From assembly GCA_963636335.1 (NCBI GenBank), contig CAVHJW010000002.1, forward strand, positions 1-36,792: a stretch of DNA of 36,792 nucleotides, read 5' to 3'. Position numbers and translations under genes: made by a program. Origin of the DNA: a bacterium (GTDB lineage Bacteria; Verrucomicrobiota; Kiritimatiellia; RFP12; UBA1067). This document shows, in pieces, positions 1 through 8,099 of the stretch (position 1 is the stretch's first letter; every line of letters begins with the position of its first letter). The notes below the pieces were generated by a model. The model was not told the origin of the DNA, made no database searches, and saw nothing but the letters and a program-made list of their open reading frames with translations.

Positions 1-55
1 CGGACAGGAAGATGAAGCCGATGCGGCTTGCCAGTTTCTCTCGATTGTCGTTCAT
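1..55 (-). CDS. 5' end (18 codons) of a CDS that runs off the left edge. The N-terminus resembles NSS/SNF-family sodium-dependent transporters.
   Basis: ATG at 55..53 (minus) opens MNDNREKLASRIGFIFLS... and stays open to the window edge. The pattern 'RE...SR.GFI' is the usual N-terminal pattern of NSS transporters. Purine-rich AAGGAAAA lies directly upstream. Confidence 0.35.
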   Translation of the reverse strand, partial: MNDNREKLASRIGFIFLS

Positions 56-127
56 TTTTCCTTATGCGTGCGGTGTCAAAATTAGACACGGCATGCGATT
101 TCACAGCGTCTTGAAACAATAGAGAAA

Positions 128-136
128 ATTATACCA
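128..136 (-). promoter_or_regulatory. Extended -10 promoter element (TGGTATAAT) for the left-edge gene
   Basis: The minus strand reads TGGTATAAT (hexamer 133..128), about 72 nt upstream of the ATG at 55. Confidence 0.45.
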
Positions 137-167
137 AAAATCAGCACCGTTCTCTCAAGAATCGTTA

Positions 168-176
168 TGGTATAAT
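168..176 (+). promoter_or_regulatory. Extended -10 promoter element (TGGTATAAT) for the GT2 gene
   Basis: The plus strand reads TGGTATAAT at 168..176, 30 nt upstream of the ATG at 207. It is divergent from the element at 128..136. Confidence 0.5.
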
Positions 177-206
177 AGGCATAACACGCATTTCACAAGT
201 TTCCAA

Positions 207-1103
207 ATGGATCTCGACGTTATCATCCTCGCCAAGAACGAGTCGCGCCACATCGCGCGCTGCCTCGACCGCCTCGCGCCGCTTGAGCCGCGCAAGGTCT
301 TCGTCGTGGACTGCTTCTCGACGGACGACACGAAGACCCTCGCCGAGGCGCGCGGCGCGACCGTCGTCGAGCACGAATGGCCCGGTACGCAGTCCGTCCA
401 GTTCAACTGGGCGCTCGATAACCTGCCGCTTGAGGCGGATTGGATCCTCCGGCTCGATGCCGATGAATATCTCGACCCCGACACGATTGACGAGGTGAAG
501 ACGCTCCTGCCCACATTGCCAGATTCCGTTTCGGCTCTCTCTCTCTCTCGCGCGCGCGTGTTTCTCGGCAAGCGCCTGAAGTTCGGACAGGGCAAGGTCA
601 TCCTGACACGCTTCTTCCGCCGCGGCGTTGGCCGTTGCGAGGAGCGCAAGATGGACGAACACATCGTCCTTTCGTCGGGCAAGACGCTTGAGTTGCGCGG
701 ACAGTTCGTGGACGACAGCCTGATGACGCTCGATGAGTGGACAACAAAGCACGTCGGCTACGCACACCGCGAGGCGGAGATGCTCATCTCTGGCACGACG
801 AACGATGCGTGCAACCTCAGCGAGGAAGCCGCGGCGAAGCGGCGCCTCAAGGGACGCTATGCGCGGCTACCGCTCTTCTGGCGGAGCTTCATCTACTTCG
901 TCTACCGCTACATTTTTCTCGGCGGCTTTTTGGACGGCAAGGAAGGCTTTCTCTGGGCGTTCCTGCAGGCTTGGTGGTACCGCACCTACGTTGACGCCCT
1001 CATCTACGAAGATGCCCACCACATGGCCCCTTTGGGTCAAACCAAATCGGGCTCTGTTGAAACTCTATCCGAGCCGATGAAGTTCGGCAACAAGAGCCTT
1101 TAA
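207..1103 (+). CDS. Family-2 (GT-A fold) glycosyltransferase, WaaE/KdtX-like
   Basis: 298-aa ORF. It has N-terminal 'DVIILAKNESRHIARCLD', 'VVDCFSTDDT' and a DxD-type 'LRLDADE'. The C-terminal amphipathic/hydrophobic tail 'FIYFVYRYIFLGGFLDGKEGF' is typical of this GT2 subgroup. Confidence 0.85.
   Translation: MDLDVIILAKNESRHIARCLDRLAPLEPRKVFVVDCFSTDDTKTLAEARGATVVEHEWPGTQSVQFNWALDNLPLEADWILRLDADEYLDPDTIDEVKTLLPTLPDSVSALSLSRARVFLGKRLKFGQGKVILTRFFRRGVGRCEERKMDEHIVLSSGKTLELRGQFVDDSLMTLDEWTTKHVGYAHREAEMLISGTTNDACNLSEEAAAKRRLKGRYARLPLFWRSFIYFVYRYIFLGGFLDGKEGFLWAFLQAWWYRTYVDALIYEDAHHMAPLGQTKSGSVETLSEPMKFGNKSL
535..558. repeat. Dinucleotide microsatellite (CT)7 followed directly by (CG)5, inside the GT2 CDS
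   Basis: Read directly: ctctctctctctct (535..548) then cgcgcgcgcg (549..558). It encodes ...ALSLSRAR... Confidence 0.95.
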
Positions 1104-2033
1104 GTCGCCCGTCGGGAATACGCGGCGACACGCGCCGTCAATCTCGTGAAAGACAGGAAGATCCGACGCGAGGCAAGGAACGTGAAGCGCGGCGGCCTCG
1201 GCGACCTGCATACCAAAGCCCTCGGCGCGCGAAGGAACGATGAGCGCGATGGCCGAAATAAGAAGCGAGAACTTCTCTGCATCCGAGACATAGCCGAGAG
1301 TCTCAAACCCCTCCTCGCGCGGCACGGCGACATTCTTTTCAAGACCCGCGAAAACGAGGTCCGCCCGCCCCCCCTCGGCGCGATAACGGCGATACGCCGC
1401 GATGAGGAGATCCGCGCCCTTGCGCGATTCAATATTTCCGAGATAGAGAAAGAACGGTCGCGCGCGGCGAACGGGCGCGATCAAATCACGCGGCGGCACA
1501 CGCACGGCGGGATACGTGACGCGCGTCTGAAGACGATCAAAGGCACGCGGCGCGGTGGCGCGAATCTGCCGCTCGGTCTCGTGCGAGTTAAACCAGATTT
1601 CCGTCGCAATGGCGAGGGTGCGACGGAACGCAATGCGGTAATAAAGGTGCCAAAGGAGGTAGCGAAGCGAGACGCGACCGAGACCGAACGTGTCGTGCAT
1701 CGTGACGATGATACGCGTTGCGAACGGCGGACGAAACGGAAGGAGGTTATTTGGCTCCCAAAAGACATCGGGGCGCACGGCGCGGGCAACGCGCTTTAAA
1801 AAACGGAAGTAGCCGACAACGCCGACGGAGTTGAAGACGCGCTTGCCATAGACATGCGCTTCAAGCCCCTCCGAGGCGAGCGCGCGCACGGCCTCACTCT
1901 CAAGGACATCGCACGCGAGAACGAATCGTGCTTGCTTTTCTTCGCGTCGCAGTTCTGCGAGACGGCCGAGGGCGTACTGGCCGACGCCCGTCGGACGCGA
2001 GGCGAAAGAGCGTGCGTCGACGAGATACGTCAT
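1065..2033 (-). CDS. Family-1/4 (GT-B fold) glycosyltransferase
   Basis: 322-aa ORF. The C-terminal half has 'YLGNIESRKGADLL' and 'PSRAEGFGMQVAEAAA' (E-x7-E type motif). The start ATG at 2033 lies 4 nt after the upstream stop. Confidence 0.85.
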   Translation of the reverse strand: MTYLVDARSFASRPTGVGQYALGRLAELRREEKQARFVLACDVLESEAVRALASEGLEAHVYGKRVFNSVGVVGYFRFLKRVARAVRPDVFWEPNNLLPFRPPFATRIIVTMHDTFGLGRVSLRYLLWHLYYRIAFRRTLAIATEIWFNSHETERQIRATAPRAFDRLQTRVTYPAVRVPPRDLIAPVRRARPFFLYLGNIESRKGADLLIAAYRRYRAEGGRADLVFAGLEKNVAVPREEGFETLGYVSDAEKFSLLISAIALIVPSRAEGFGMQVAEAAALHVPCLASDLPVFHEIDGACRRVFPTGDLKALVAELHRLG

Positions 2034-2037
2034 AAAT

Positions 2038-3138
2038 TTAGACGCGCGGCACGTCGGTTGAGAAGTATTTACGCTTCACCGCACGCCAAAGAACGACGCA
2101 AAAGGCCGAGAGCGGAATGGCGAGCAGCATGCCGAGAAGCGGACCTAAGACTGTCGCCCAGAAGAAGAAACTGAAGATGACGCCCGCATAGCCAAGCCCC
2201 GTCTTATTGCCCTGAATCTTCGGCGTGATAAAGTAGCCATCAAGAATCTGACCGAGGCTCCACACGCCAAGAACGAGAAAGAGGCGCGTCAGGGAGCCAT
2301 CGTGACCAAAGTAGGCGAGCGGCAAAGCAATGGGCAGGCAGAGCACCGAGCCGAAGAGCGGAATCAGGTTGAGGATGCCGAGAACGAAGCCAATCAGAAA
2401 ACCGTAGGGCAGACCGACGAGGCAGAAGCCAAGCCCATAGAGAACGCCTTCAATCAGGCAGATCATCGTCTGACGTTGGAAGAACGAGACGAGAATGTCA
2501 ACGAATGCGTCAATCTGCTCGGCGAGGAACACGCGCGTCTCCTCTTTCAGAAACGGCATCTGCTTCGTGATGTCACCGCCGCGACGATCCTTCGTCATGA
2601 GGAAGAAAACGAAGAAGATGAGCGTGACAAGAACGGAGATTACACCCGAGAGGCACTTGAGCGCATTTGAGCCAGCGCGAATCGCCGTCGCGCCATACTT
2701 CTCGTAAACGCCGCCGATGTCGCTCGGAATGCCAAGTTGCGCGAAAAGCGTGTGGAGGCGCGGGAACGTCGTCTGGAACCAGGCCACGACCTTGGCAAAG
2801 AGCGCGGGGCCCTGCGCAATCATATTTGAAATCTGATCCACCATCACCGCGCCCGCGTACCAGAGGAGCAACCCCATCGGGATGAAGACCGTGAGTAGCA
2901 TGATGCCGAGCGCGAGTGACGGATTCTTGACGAGCCGCTTCCACCAGAGGTAATAGGGCTTAAAGAAGAGCGCAAGGAAGAAGCCCATAATGACGGGCAC
3001 GAGCGCGCTCGAGACGAACGAGAACGCGAGCGAAAGCCCCCAGACGACAAAGACGCCGAATGTCACGATGACAACGAGCGCGAGAATCGTCCACGCACGC
3101 GCGATGAGTTTCTTCTGTTGTTCGTTGAACTCAACCAT
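2038..3138 (-). CDS. AI-2E / PerM (UPF0118) family transporter
   Basis: 366-aa polytopic membrane protein (about 8 hydrophobic segments) with the family-typical 'GILNLIPLFGSV' region. A purine-rich stretch, GGAAGGGGGAAAGGG, lies upstream of the ATG. Confidence 0.8.
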   Translation of the reverse strand: MVEFNEQQKKLIARAWTILALVVIVTFGVFVVWGLSLAFSFVSSALVPVIMGFFLALFFKPYYLWWKRLVKNPSLALGIMLLTVFIPMGLLLWYAGAVMVDQISNMIAQGPALFAKVVAWFQTTFPRLHTLFAQLGIPSDIGGVYEKYGATAIRAGSNALKCLSGVISVLVTLIFFVFFLMTKDRRGGDITKQMPFLKEETRVFLAEQIDAFVDILVSFFQRQTMICLIEGVLYGLGFCLVGLPYGFLIGFVLGILNLIPLFGSVLCLPIALPLAYFGHDGSLTRLFLVLGVWSLGQILDGYFITPKIQGNKTGLGYAGVIFSFFFWATVLGPLLGMLLAIPLSAFCVVLWRAVKRKYFSTDVPRV

Positions 3139-3174
3139 TTCGCCCTTTCCCCCTTCCGCCTTTTTCGCTTGCGC

Positions 3175-5247
3175 TTATCGGCTCAAGATTTCCTCGCGCA
3201 CCGCCTTAGGCGCGACTTCAAACTGATCCGTCTCCATCGAATACGAGGCGCGGCCTTTCGTGAGCGAGCGAATCGCCGTTGAGTAGCCGAACATCTTTGC
3301 GAGCGGCACGCGCGCGTGGATGACTTGCATATCGCCCTTCATATCCATGTCCAGCACATTTCCGCGCCGCGCATTAAGGTCGCCGAGAATCTCACCAACC
3401 GACTCAGACGGCGTCGTGATTTCGAGTTTCATGATCGGCTCCAAGAACTCAGGCGCGGCCGCCGACGCCGCCTCACGAAAGCCCATCATCGCCGCCGAAC
3501 GGAATGCGACTTCGTCCGACACCTCGGGATCCACGAGCGTTGCCGAGAGGCACTCAACTTCAAGATCCGTCATCGGGTAACGCGCGAGAACACCCGTTGC
3601 GATGCCGTCTTCAAGACCTTGCACGACGCAGTCTTGCAAGTGACGATCGGCAACGAGGTTTTGGAACGCGCGCGCGAGAATGACCTTGTGACCCTCGCCG
3701 CGCGCGCGAGGCCGCACGACGATCGACAGCGTGACCGCGTGCCGCTTGCCGCCGAGCTCACGATCGAACGTAAAATCGCTTGTCGCCTCTTTCGTGACCG
3801 TCTCAACGTAGCTCACCATCGGACGGCCGACATTTGCCGCGCACTTAAACTCGCGCTTCAGGCGATCCACGAGAATCTCAAGGTGAAGTTCACCCATCCC
3901 CGAGAGAATCGTCTGCCCCGTCTCCTCGTCCTCGCGGAACTGGCACGTCGGGTCTTCCGCCGCCAACGCCTTCATCGACTCAACGAGTTTGTCCTTATCG
4001 GCGCTCGACTTTGGCTCAATGGCCATGAACATGACGGGCTGGGGCGCGACAATGCGCTCCAGGTGGCACGGCTTCATCTCGGAGCAGAGCGTGTCGCCCG
4101 TTGTCACCTCCTTGAGACCCACAATCGCGCCGATGTCGCCCGCGTGCAACTCGTCCGTTTCGATTTGGTCATCGGCAAAGAGACGCACAATCTTCATAAT
4201 GCGCTCGCGCTTCTTCGTGCGCGGATTGTAGGCGTTCGCGCCCTTCTTGAGGACACCGCCGTAGACGCGCACAAAGTAAAGTTTACCAACGTAAGGATCC
4301 GTCGCAATCTTGAAGACGAGCGAGGTCAAAAGCTCCGCATCGTCTTGGCGGCGCGTCACCTTCTCGCCACTCTTTAAGTCTGTTGCCTCAACCGGCGGAC
4401 GGTCGCTCGGGCTCGGCAAGAAATCACACACGGCATCCAAAAGCGGCTGAACACCCTTATCGCGCAACGACGTGCCGCAGAGGACAGGCACGAACTGGCC
4501 TGCCACGACGAGGCGGCGAATCGCAGGAAGAAGTTCTTCCGCCGTGAGGTCACCCTTCTCAAGAAACGCCTCCATGACACCTTCGTCAAGGTCGGCCACT
4601 TTTTCAACGAGCTCGGCGCGGGCGAGCGCGGCATCATCCGCCATCTCGGCGGGGACGTCCCCCTCGGTAAACGTCTTGCCCTCCGTCGCTTCGTCATAGA
4701 CGATGCCCTTCATGCGAATCAAATCAATGACGCCCTTGAAGGAATCTTCGCGCCCAATCGGAAGTTCAATGGGGCACGCGGGGGCCTTCAACTTGGAGCG
4801 CATCTCCTCAACAACGCGCGAAAAGTCCGCGCCCATGCGATCCATCTTGTTGATGAAAGCGAGACGCGGCACATGATAGCGGTCGGCCTGTCGCCAAACA
4901 GTCTCCGATTGCGGCTGAACGCCGCCGACGGCACAAAAGACGCAGACCGCGCCATCGAGAACGCGCAACGAACGCTCAACCTCCATCGTAAAGTCAACGT
5001 GGCCAGGCGTATCAATGATGTTAATCTCACAACCCTTCCACGCGCACGAGATTGCGGCAGACTGAATCGTAATGCCGCGCTCGCGCTCTTGAATCATGAA
5101 GTCGGTTGTCGTGTTGCCGTCATGGACGTCGCCATGCTTGTGGATCTTGCCCGTGTAGAAGAGGATGCGTTCGGTCGTCGTCGTCTTACCCGCGTCAATG
5201 TGCGCGACGATGCCGATGTTGCGGACGTTCTTAAGTTCTTGAGCCAT
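3175..5247 (-). CDS. fusA: Translation elongation factor G (stand-alone copy, not in a str operon context)
   Basis: 690 aa. G1 'AHIDAGKTT', G3 'DTPGHVDF', G4 'NKMD', and a full five-domain length. Confidence 0.95.
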   Translation of the reverse strand: MAQELKNVRNIGIVAHIDAGKTTTTERILFYTGKIHKHGDVHDGNTTTDFMIQERERGITIQSAAISCAWKGCEINIIDTPGHVDFTMEVERSLRVLDGAVCVFCAVGGVQPQSETVWRQADRYHVPRLAFINKMDRMGADFSRVVEEMRSKLKAPACPIELPIGREDSFKGVIDLIRMKGIVYDEATEGKTFTEGDVPAEMADDAALARAELVEKVADLDEGVMEAFLEKGDLTAEELLPAIRRLVVAGQFVPVLCGTSLRDKGVQPLLDAVCDFLPSPSDRPPVEATDLKSGEKVTRRQDDAELLTSLVFKIATDPYVGKLYFVRVYGGVLKKGANAYNPRTKKRERIMKIVRLFADDQIETDELHAGDIGAIVGLKEVTTGDTLCSEMKPCHLERIVAPQPVMFMAIEPKSSADKDKLVESMKALAAEDPTCQFREDEETGQTILSGMGELHLEILVDRLKREFKCAANVGRPMVSYVETVTKEATSDFTFDRELGGKRHAVTLSIVVRPRARGEGHKVILARAFQNLVADRHLQDCVVQGLEDGIATGVLARYPMTDLEVECLSATLVDPEVSDEVAFRSAAMMGFREAASAAAPEFLEPIMKLEITTPSESVGEILGDLNARRGNVLDMDMKGDMQVIHARVPLAKMFGYSTAIRSLTKGRASYSMETDQFEVAPKAVREEILSR

Positions 5248-5256
5248 AGTCTAGTT

Positions 5257-5265
5257 ATTATACCA
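5257..5265 (-). promoter_or_regulatory. Extended -10 promoter (TGGTATAAT) for fusA; the mRNA is predicted to be leaderless
   Basis: The minus strand reads TGGTATAAT-aactagact-ATG. Only 9 nt separate the -10 box from the start codon. Confidence 0.6.
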
Positions 5266-5281
5266 AAATTGCTCGGCCCCG

Positions 5282-5317
5282 GCGAACGCCGTCAACGCCC
5301 GCGAACGCCGTCAACGC
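5282..5317. repeat. Tandem direct repeat: two identical 17-mers (gcgaacgccgtcaacgc) separated by 2 nt
   Basis: The copies at 5282..5298 and 5301..5317 are identical. They lie between the recN stop (5318) and the fusA -10 box. On the minus strand each copy contains TTGACG. Confidence 0.95.
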
Positions 5318-6958
5318 TTAGTTGTTTGCGAGGCGAAGAAGCTCTTCGGCGTGCGTCTTGACGACACTTGTCAATTTCTCGCCGCCGAGCATACGCGCGA
5401 TTTCGCGAACACGTGCGTCGCCTGTGACCTCCGCGACATGAGACTTTGTTCGCGCCGCCGTCACGCCCTTTGTAACAACGAGATGGCGTGCGCCATAGAC
5501 GGCACTTTGCGGCAGATGCGTAATTGCAAGAACCTGCCGCCCCTTCGCGACATCGCGCATCTTCTCGCCCACGACCTTGCCAACTTCACCACCGATATTC
5601 GCATCGATCTCGTCAAAGACGAGTGTCGTCGGCGACGTGCCGAAAGCGGAGGCGGAGGCCGTGACCGTCTTTAGAGCGAGCATGACGCGCGCAATCTCGC
5701 CAGACGAGGCGATTTCAGCAAGCGGCCGCGCGGCCTCGCCGGGATTCGGCTCAAAGAGAAAGACGACACGATCAAGGCCGCTCGCCGATGGCTCTTGAAG
5801 ATGCTCGAGCGAAACCGAGAACTTTGCCTGCAAAAAGCCGAGCGCGTGTAATTCCTTCTCAATTGCCTTCGAGAAAGCCGCACCCGCCTTCGTCCGCGCC
5901 TTCGTGATTGTCGCGCCCGCCGTGCGCAATTCTGCGAGGTGCTGGGCGCATTCCTTCTCAAGCGCGGCCAGTGTCTCGTCGCGGTTCTCAAGGGCCGCAA
6001 GACGCGCCTTCTTCTCCGCGAGAATCTTGAGAAGACGCGAGACATCCGATTCGCCCGTTGCCATCGGCGCGGCGGCGAGATACTTGCGCTTCAGACGGTT
6101 GATTGTCGTTAGGCGTGCGTCGAGCGCGGCCAAATCTTCTTCGCCCGCATCAAGGCGCGAGAGCGCGTCCGCGATCGCGCGCGAGAGATCTTCCGCGCGC
6201 GCGACGAGCGACTCGGTCTCGACCGACCACGCCTCGGCGGCAGGGAAGTGGCGCGCCATGCGTTGAAAGCGGGGTTGGAGAGACGACAGAAGCGTGATGA
6301 CACCCTCGTCCCCCCCGAGCGCTTCCGTGATCGCATTCCCCTCCTCAACGATTTCTTGCGCGTGTGCGGCCGCGGCATGGCGCTCGGCGACCGTCTCGTC
6401 CTCATCGGTCAACGCGGCCTCATCAAGCTCGTTCACCTGAAAGCGCAGAAAGTCAAGGTCTTCCGTCTTCGTCTCATCGCGTAACGCGGCAAGACGACTT
6501 GACGCCTCGGCCCACGCGGCGTAAAGCGCATCGTACTTCGTATGCGCGACCGAGCCAAAATCATCAAGGGTCTTCAATTGGAACGACTCGTCAAGAAGTC
6601 GGTCATTCGCGCGCGGCCCATGGATGTCAACGAGACGGCGCGCGGCCTCCTTCAATTCGCCGAGAGCCACAGACTCGTCATCAATCCACGCACGACTGCG
6701 CCCCTCGCGCGTCACCGTGCGACGAAAGCGTGTCTCGCGCCCCTTTGCGTCCGTAAAAATGGCCTCCACGCAAGCCTCAACCGCGCCGTCGCGAACGGCC
6801 GACGATTCGGCGCGCGCGCCAAGGACGAGGTCGAGCGCGCCCATGAGGACAGACTTACCAGCCCCCGTCTCACCCGTGATGACATTCAGCCCAGGCGCGA
6901 ACGCAACATCCGCGCGCTCAATGACGGCCAAATTCGAGACGGAAAGACTTTTTAGCAT
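5318..6958 (-). CDS. recN: DNA repair/recombination protein RecN (SMC-like ATPase)
   Basis: 546 aa. It has an N-terminal Walker A 'GETGAGKS', a long central coiled-coil-like region, and C-terminal 'LVFDEIDANIGG' plus 'QVLAITHLPQ'. Confidence 0.92.
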   Translation of the reverse strand: MLKSLSVSNLAVIERADVAFAPGLNVITGETGAGKSVLMGALDLVLGARAESSAVRDGAVEACVEAIFTDAKGRETRFRRTVTREGRSRAWIDDESVALGELKEAARRLVDIHGPRANDRLLDESFQLKTLDDFGSVAHTKYDALYAAWAEASSRLAALRDETKTEDLDFLRFQVNELDEAALTDEDETVAERHAAAAHAQEIVEEGNAITEALGGDEGVITLLSSLQPRFQRMARHFPAAEAWSVETESLVARAEDLSRAIADALSRLDAGEEDLAALDARLTTINRLKRKYLAAAPMATGESDVSRLLKILAEKKARLAALENRDETLAALEKECAQHLAELRTAGATITKARTKAGAAFSKAIEKELHALGFLQAKFSVSLEHLQEPSASGLDRVVFLFEPNPGEAARPLAEIASSGEIARVMLALKTVTASASAFGTSPTTLVFDEIDANIGGEVGKVVGEKMRDVAKGRQVLAITHLPQSAVYGARHLVVTKGVTAARTKSHVAEVTGDARVREIARMLGGEKLTSVVKTHAEELLRLANN

Positions 6959-6959
6959 C

Positions 6960-8060
6960 TTAGCTTCCGTAACCCTCTTCGCGCAACTTCTGCACGACGG
7001 AGTCAGGATCTTGCGCCTTCGTGATCAATTCCTCGTACGCGATGAGACCTTGCTTGTAGAGCGACGAAAGGTGTGCGTCAAGAGTCTGCATGCCATACTT
7101 CGCGCCCGTCTGCAGGTCAGACTTGATCATGTTCGTCTTATTGTCGCGAATGCGCGAGCAAATCGCGTCGGTGCGCGTCATAATCTCGAACGCGGCAACG
7201 CGCCCATGCACCTCGCCGTTCGCATCAAGGCGCGGCAAGAGAATCTGCGAGATGACGGCTTGAAGACCCGCGGCGAGCTGCGTCCGAATCTGCGACTGCT
7301 GGTTCATCGGGAAGGCGTCAACAATACGGTCAATCGTCTCGGCCGCGCCCGTCGTGTGCAAGGTGCCAAAAACGAGGTGGCCCGTTTCAGCCGCCGTGAT
7401 CGCCGCCGCAATTGTCTCAAGGTCGCGCATTTCGCCGACGAGGATGACGTCCGGGTCCTGACGCAGTGCGCGGCGAATCGCCTCGGCGAAACTCGGCACA
7501 TCGTCACCAATTTCGCGCTGAGTGACGAGCGAGTTCTGCGAGGTGTGATAAAATTCGATCGGGTCTTCAATCGTGATGATGTGAACGTTGCGCTCGTGGT
7601 TGATGACGTTCAGCATTGAGGCGAGCGTCGTCGACTTACCAGAGCCCGTCGGACCCGTGACGAGGATGAGCCCACGCGGCTTAAAAAGAAGTTCCTTCAC
7701 GACGGGCGGAAGCCCCAACTGCTCCATCGTCAAAAGCGTATTCGGAATTTGACGCAAGACGGCGCCATAACGCTTGCGTTCCTTGAAGATGGAAACACGG
7801 AAGCGCGTGCCATCGGGGTGCGCGAGCGCGAAGTCGGCGCCACCGTTCTTCTCAACTTCTTCCATCTTGGTGGGGTCGCCGAGGCGCTCCACCATCTCCT
7901 CGCAAAGCGCATGAGACTCTTCGGGCGTGAGCGACTCTTCCGAGATGGGCAGCAGCTCGCCATGAACGCGCAATTTCGGTGGCATGTACGCGCGGATGTG
8001 GAGGTCGGAGGCGCCTTCGTCAATCGTCGCCTGCAGGAGGTCTTCAATGTGAATATCCAT
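6960..8060 (-). CDS. pilT: PilT-type type IV pilus retraction ATPase
   Basis: 366 aa. Walker A 'GPTGSGKST', Asp box 'IRRALRQDPDVILVGEMRD', His box 'GHLVFGTLHT'. AGGAA lies 5 nt upstream of the ATG. Confidence 0.9.
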   Translation of the reverse strand: MDIHIEDLLQATIDEGASDLHIRAYMPPKLRVHGELLPISEESLTPEESHALCEEMVERLGDPTKMEEVEKNGGADFALAHPDGTRFRVSIFKERKRYGAVLRQIPNTLLTMEQLGLPPVVKELLFKPRGLILVTGPTGSGKSTTLASMLNVINHERNVHIITIEDPIEFYHTSQNSLVTQREIGDDVPSFAEAIRRALRQDPDVILVGEMRDLETIAAAITAAETGHLVFGTLHTTGAAETIDRIVDAFPMNQQSQIRTQLAAGLQAVISQILLPRLDANGEVHGRVAAFEIMTRTDAICSRIRDNKTNMIKSDLQTGAKYGMQTLDAHLSSLYKQGLIAYEELITKAQDPDSVVQKLREEGYGS

Positions 8061-8099
8061 AAGCGTTCCTGTCGGATGAGGGTGGTGGAAGAAAAGCCG

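Noticed and set aside
1368-1374. C7/G7 homopolymer inside the GT1 glycosyltransferase, considered as a second phase-variation tract.
   Set aside because: An identical C7 run occurs in the housekeeping recN gene (6310..6316). Runs of 7 therefore arise by chance in this GC-rich sequence. Seven is also below the length usually associated with switching.
3316-4377. 353-aa plus-strand ORF antisense to fusA. Similar antisense ORFs occur at 6624..7619, 7749..8384, 8898..9695, 21019..21750, 27523..28152 and 35286..35939.
   Set aside because: The reasoning is the same. All are Arg-rich shadow frames of well-supported minus-strand genes, and I recognise no independent coding signal in any of them.
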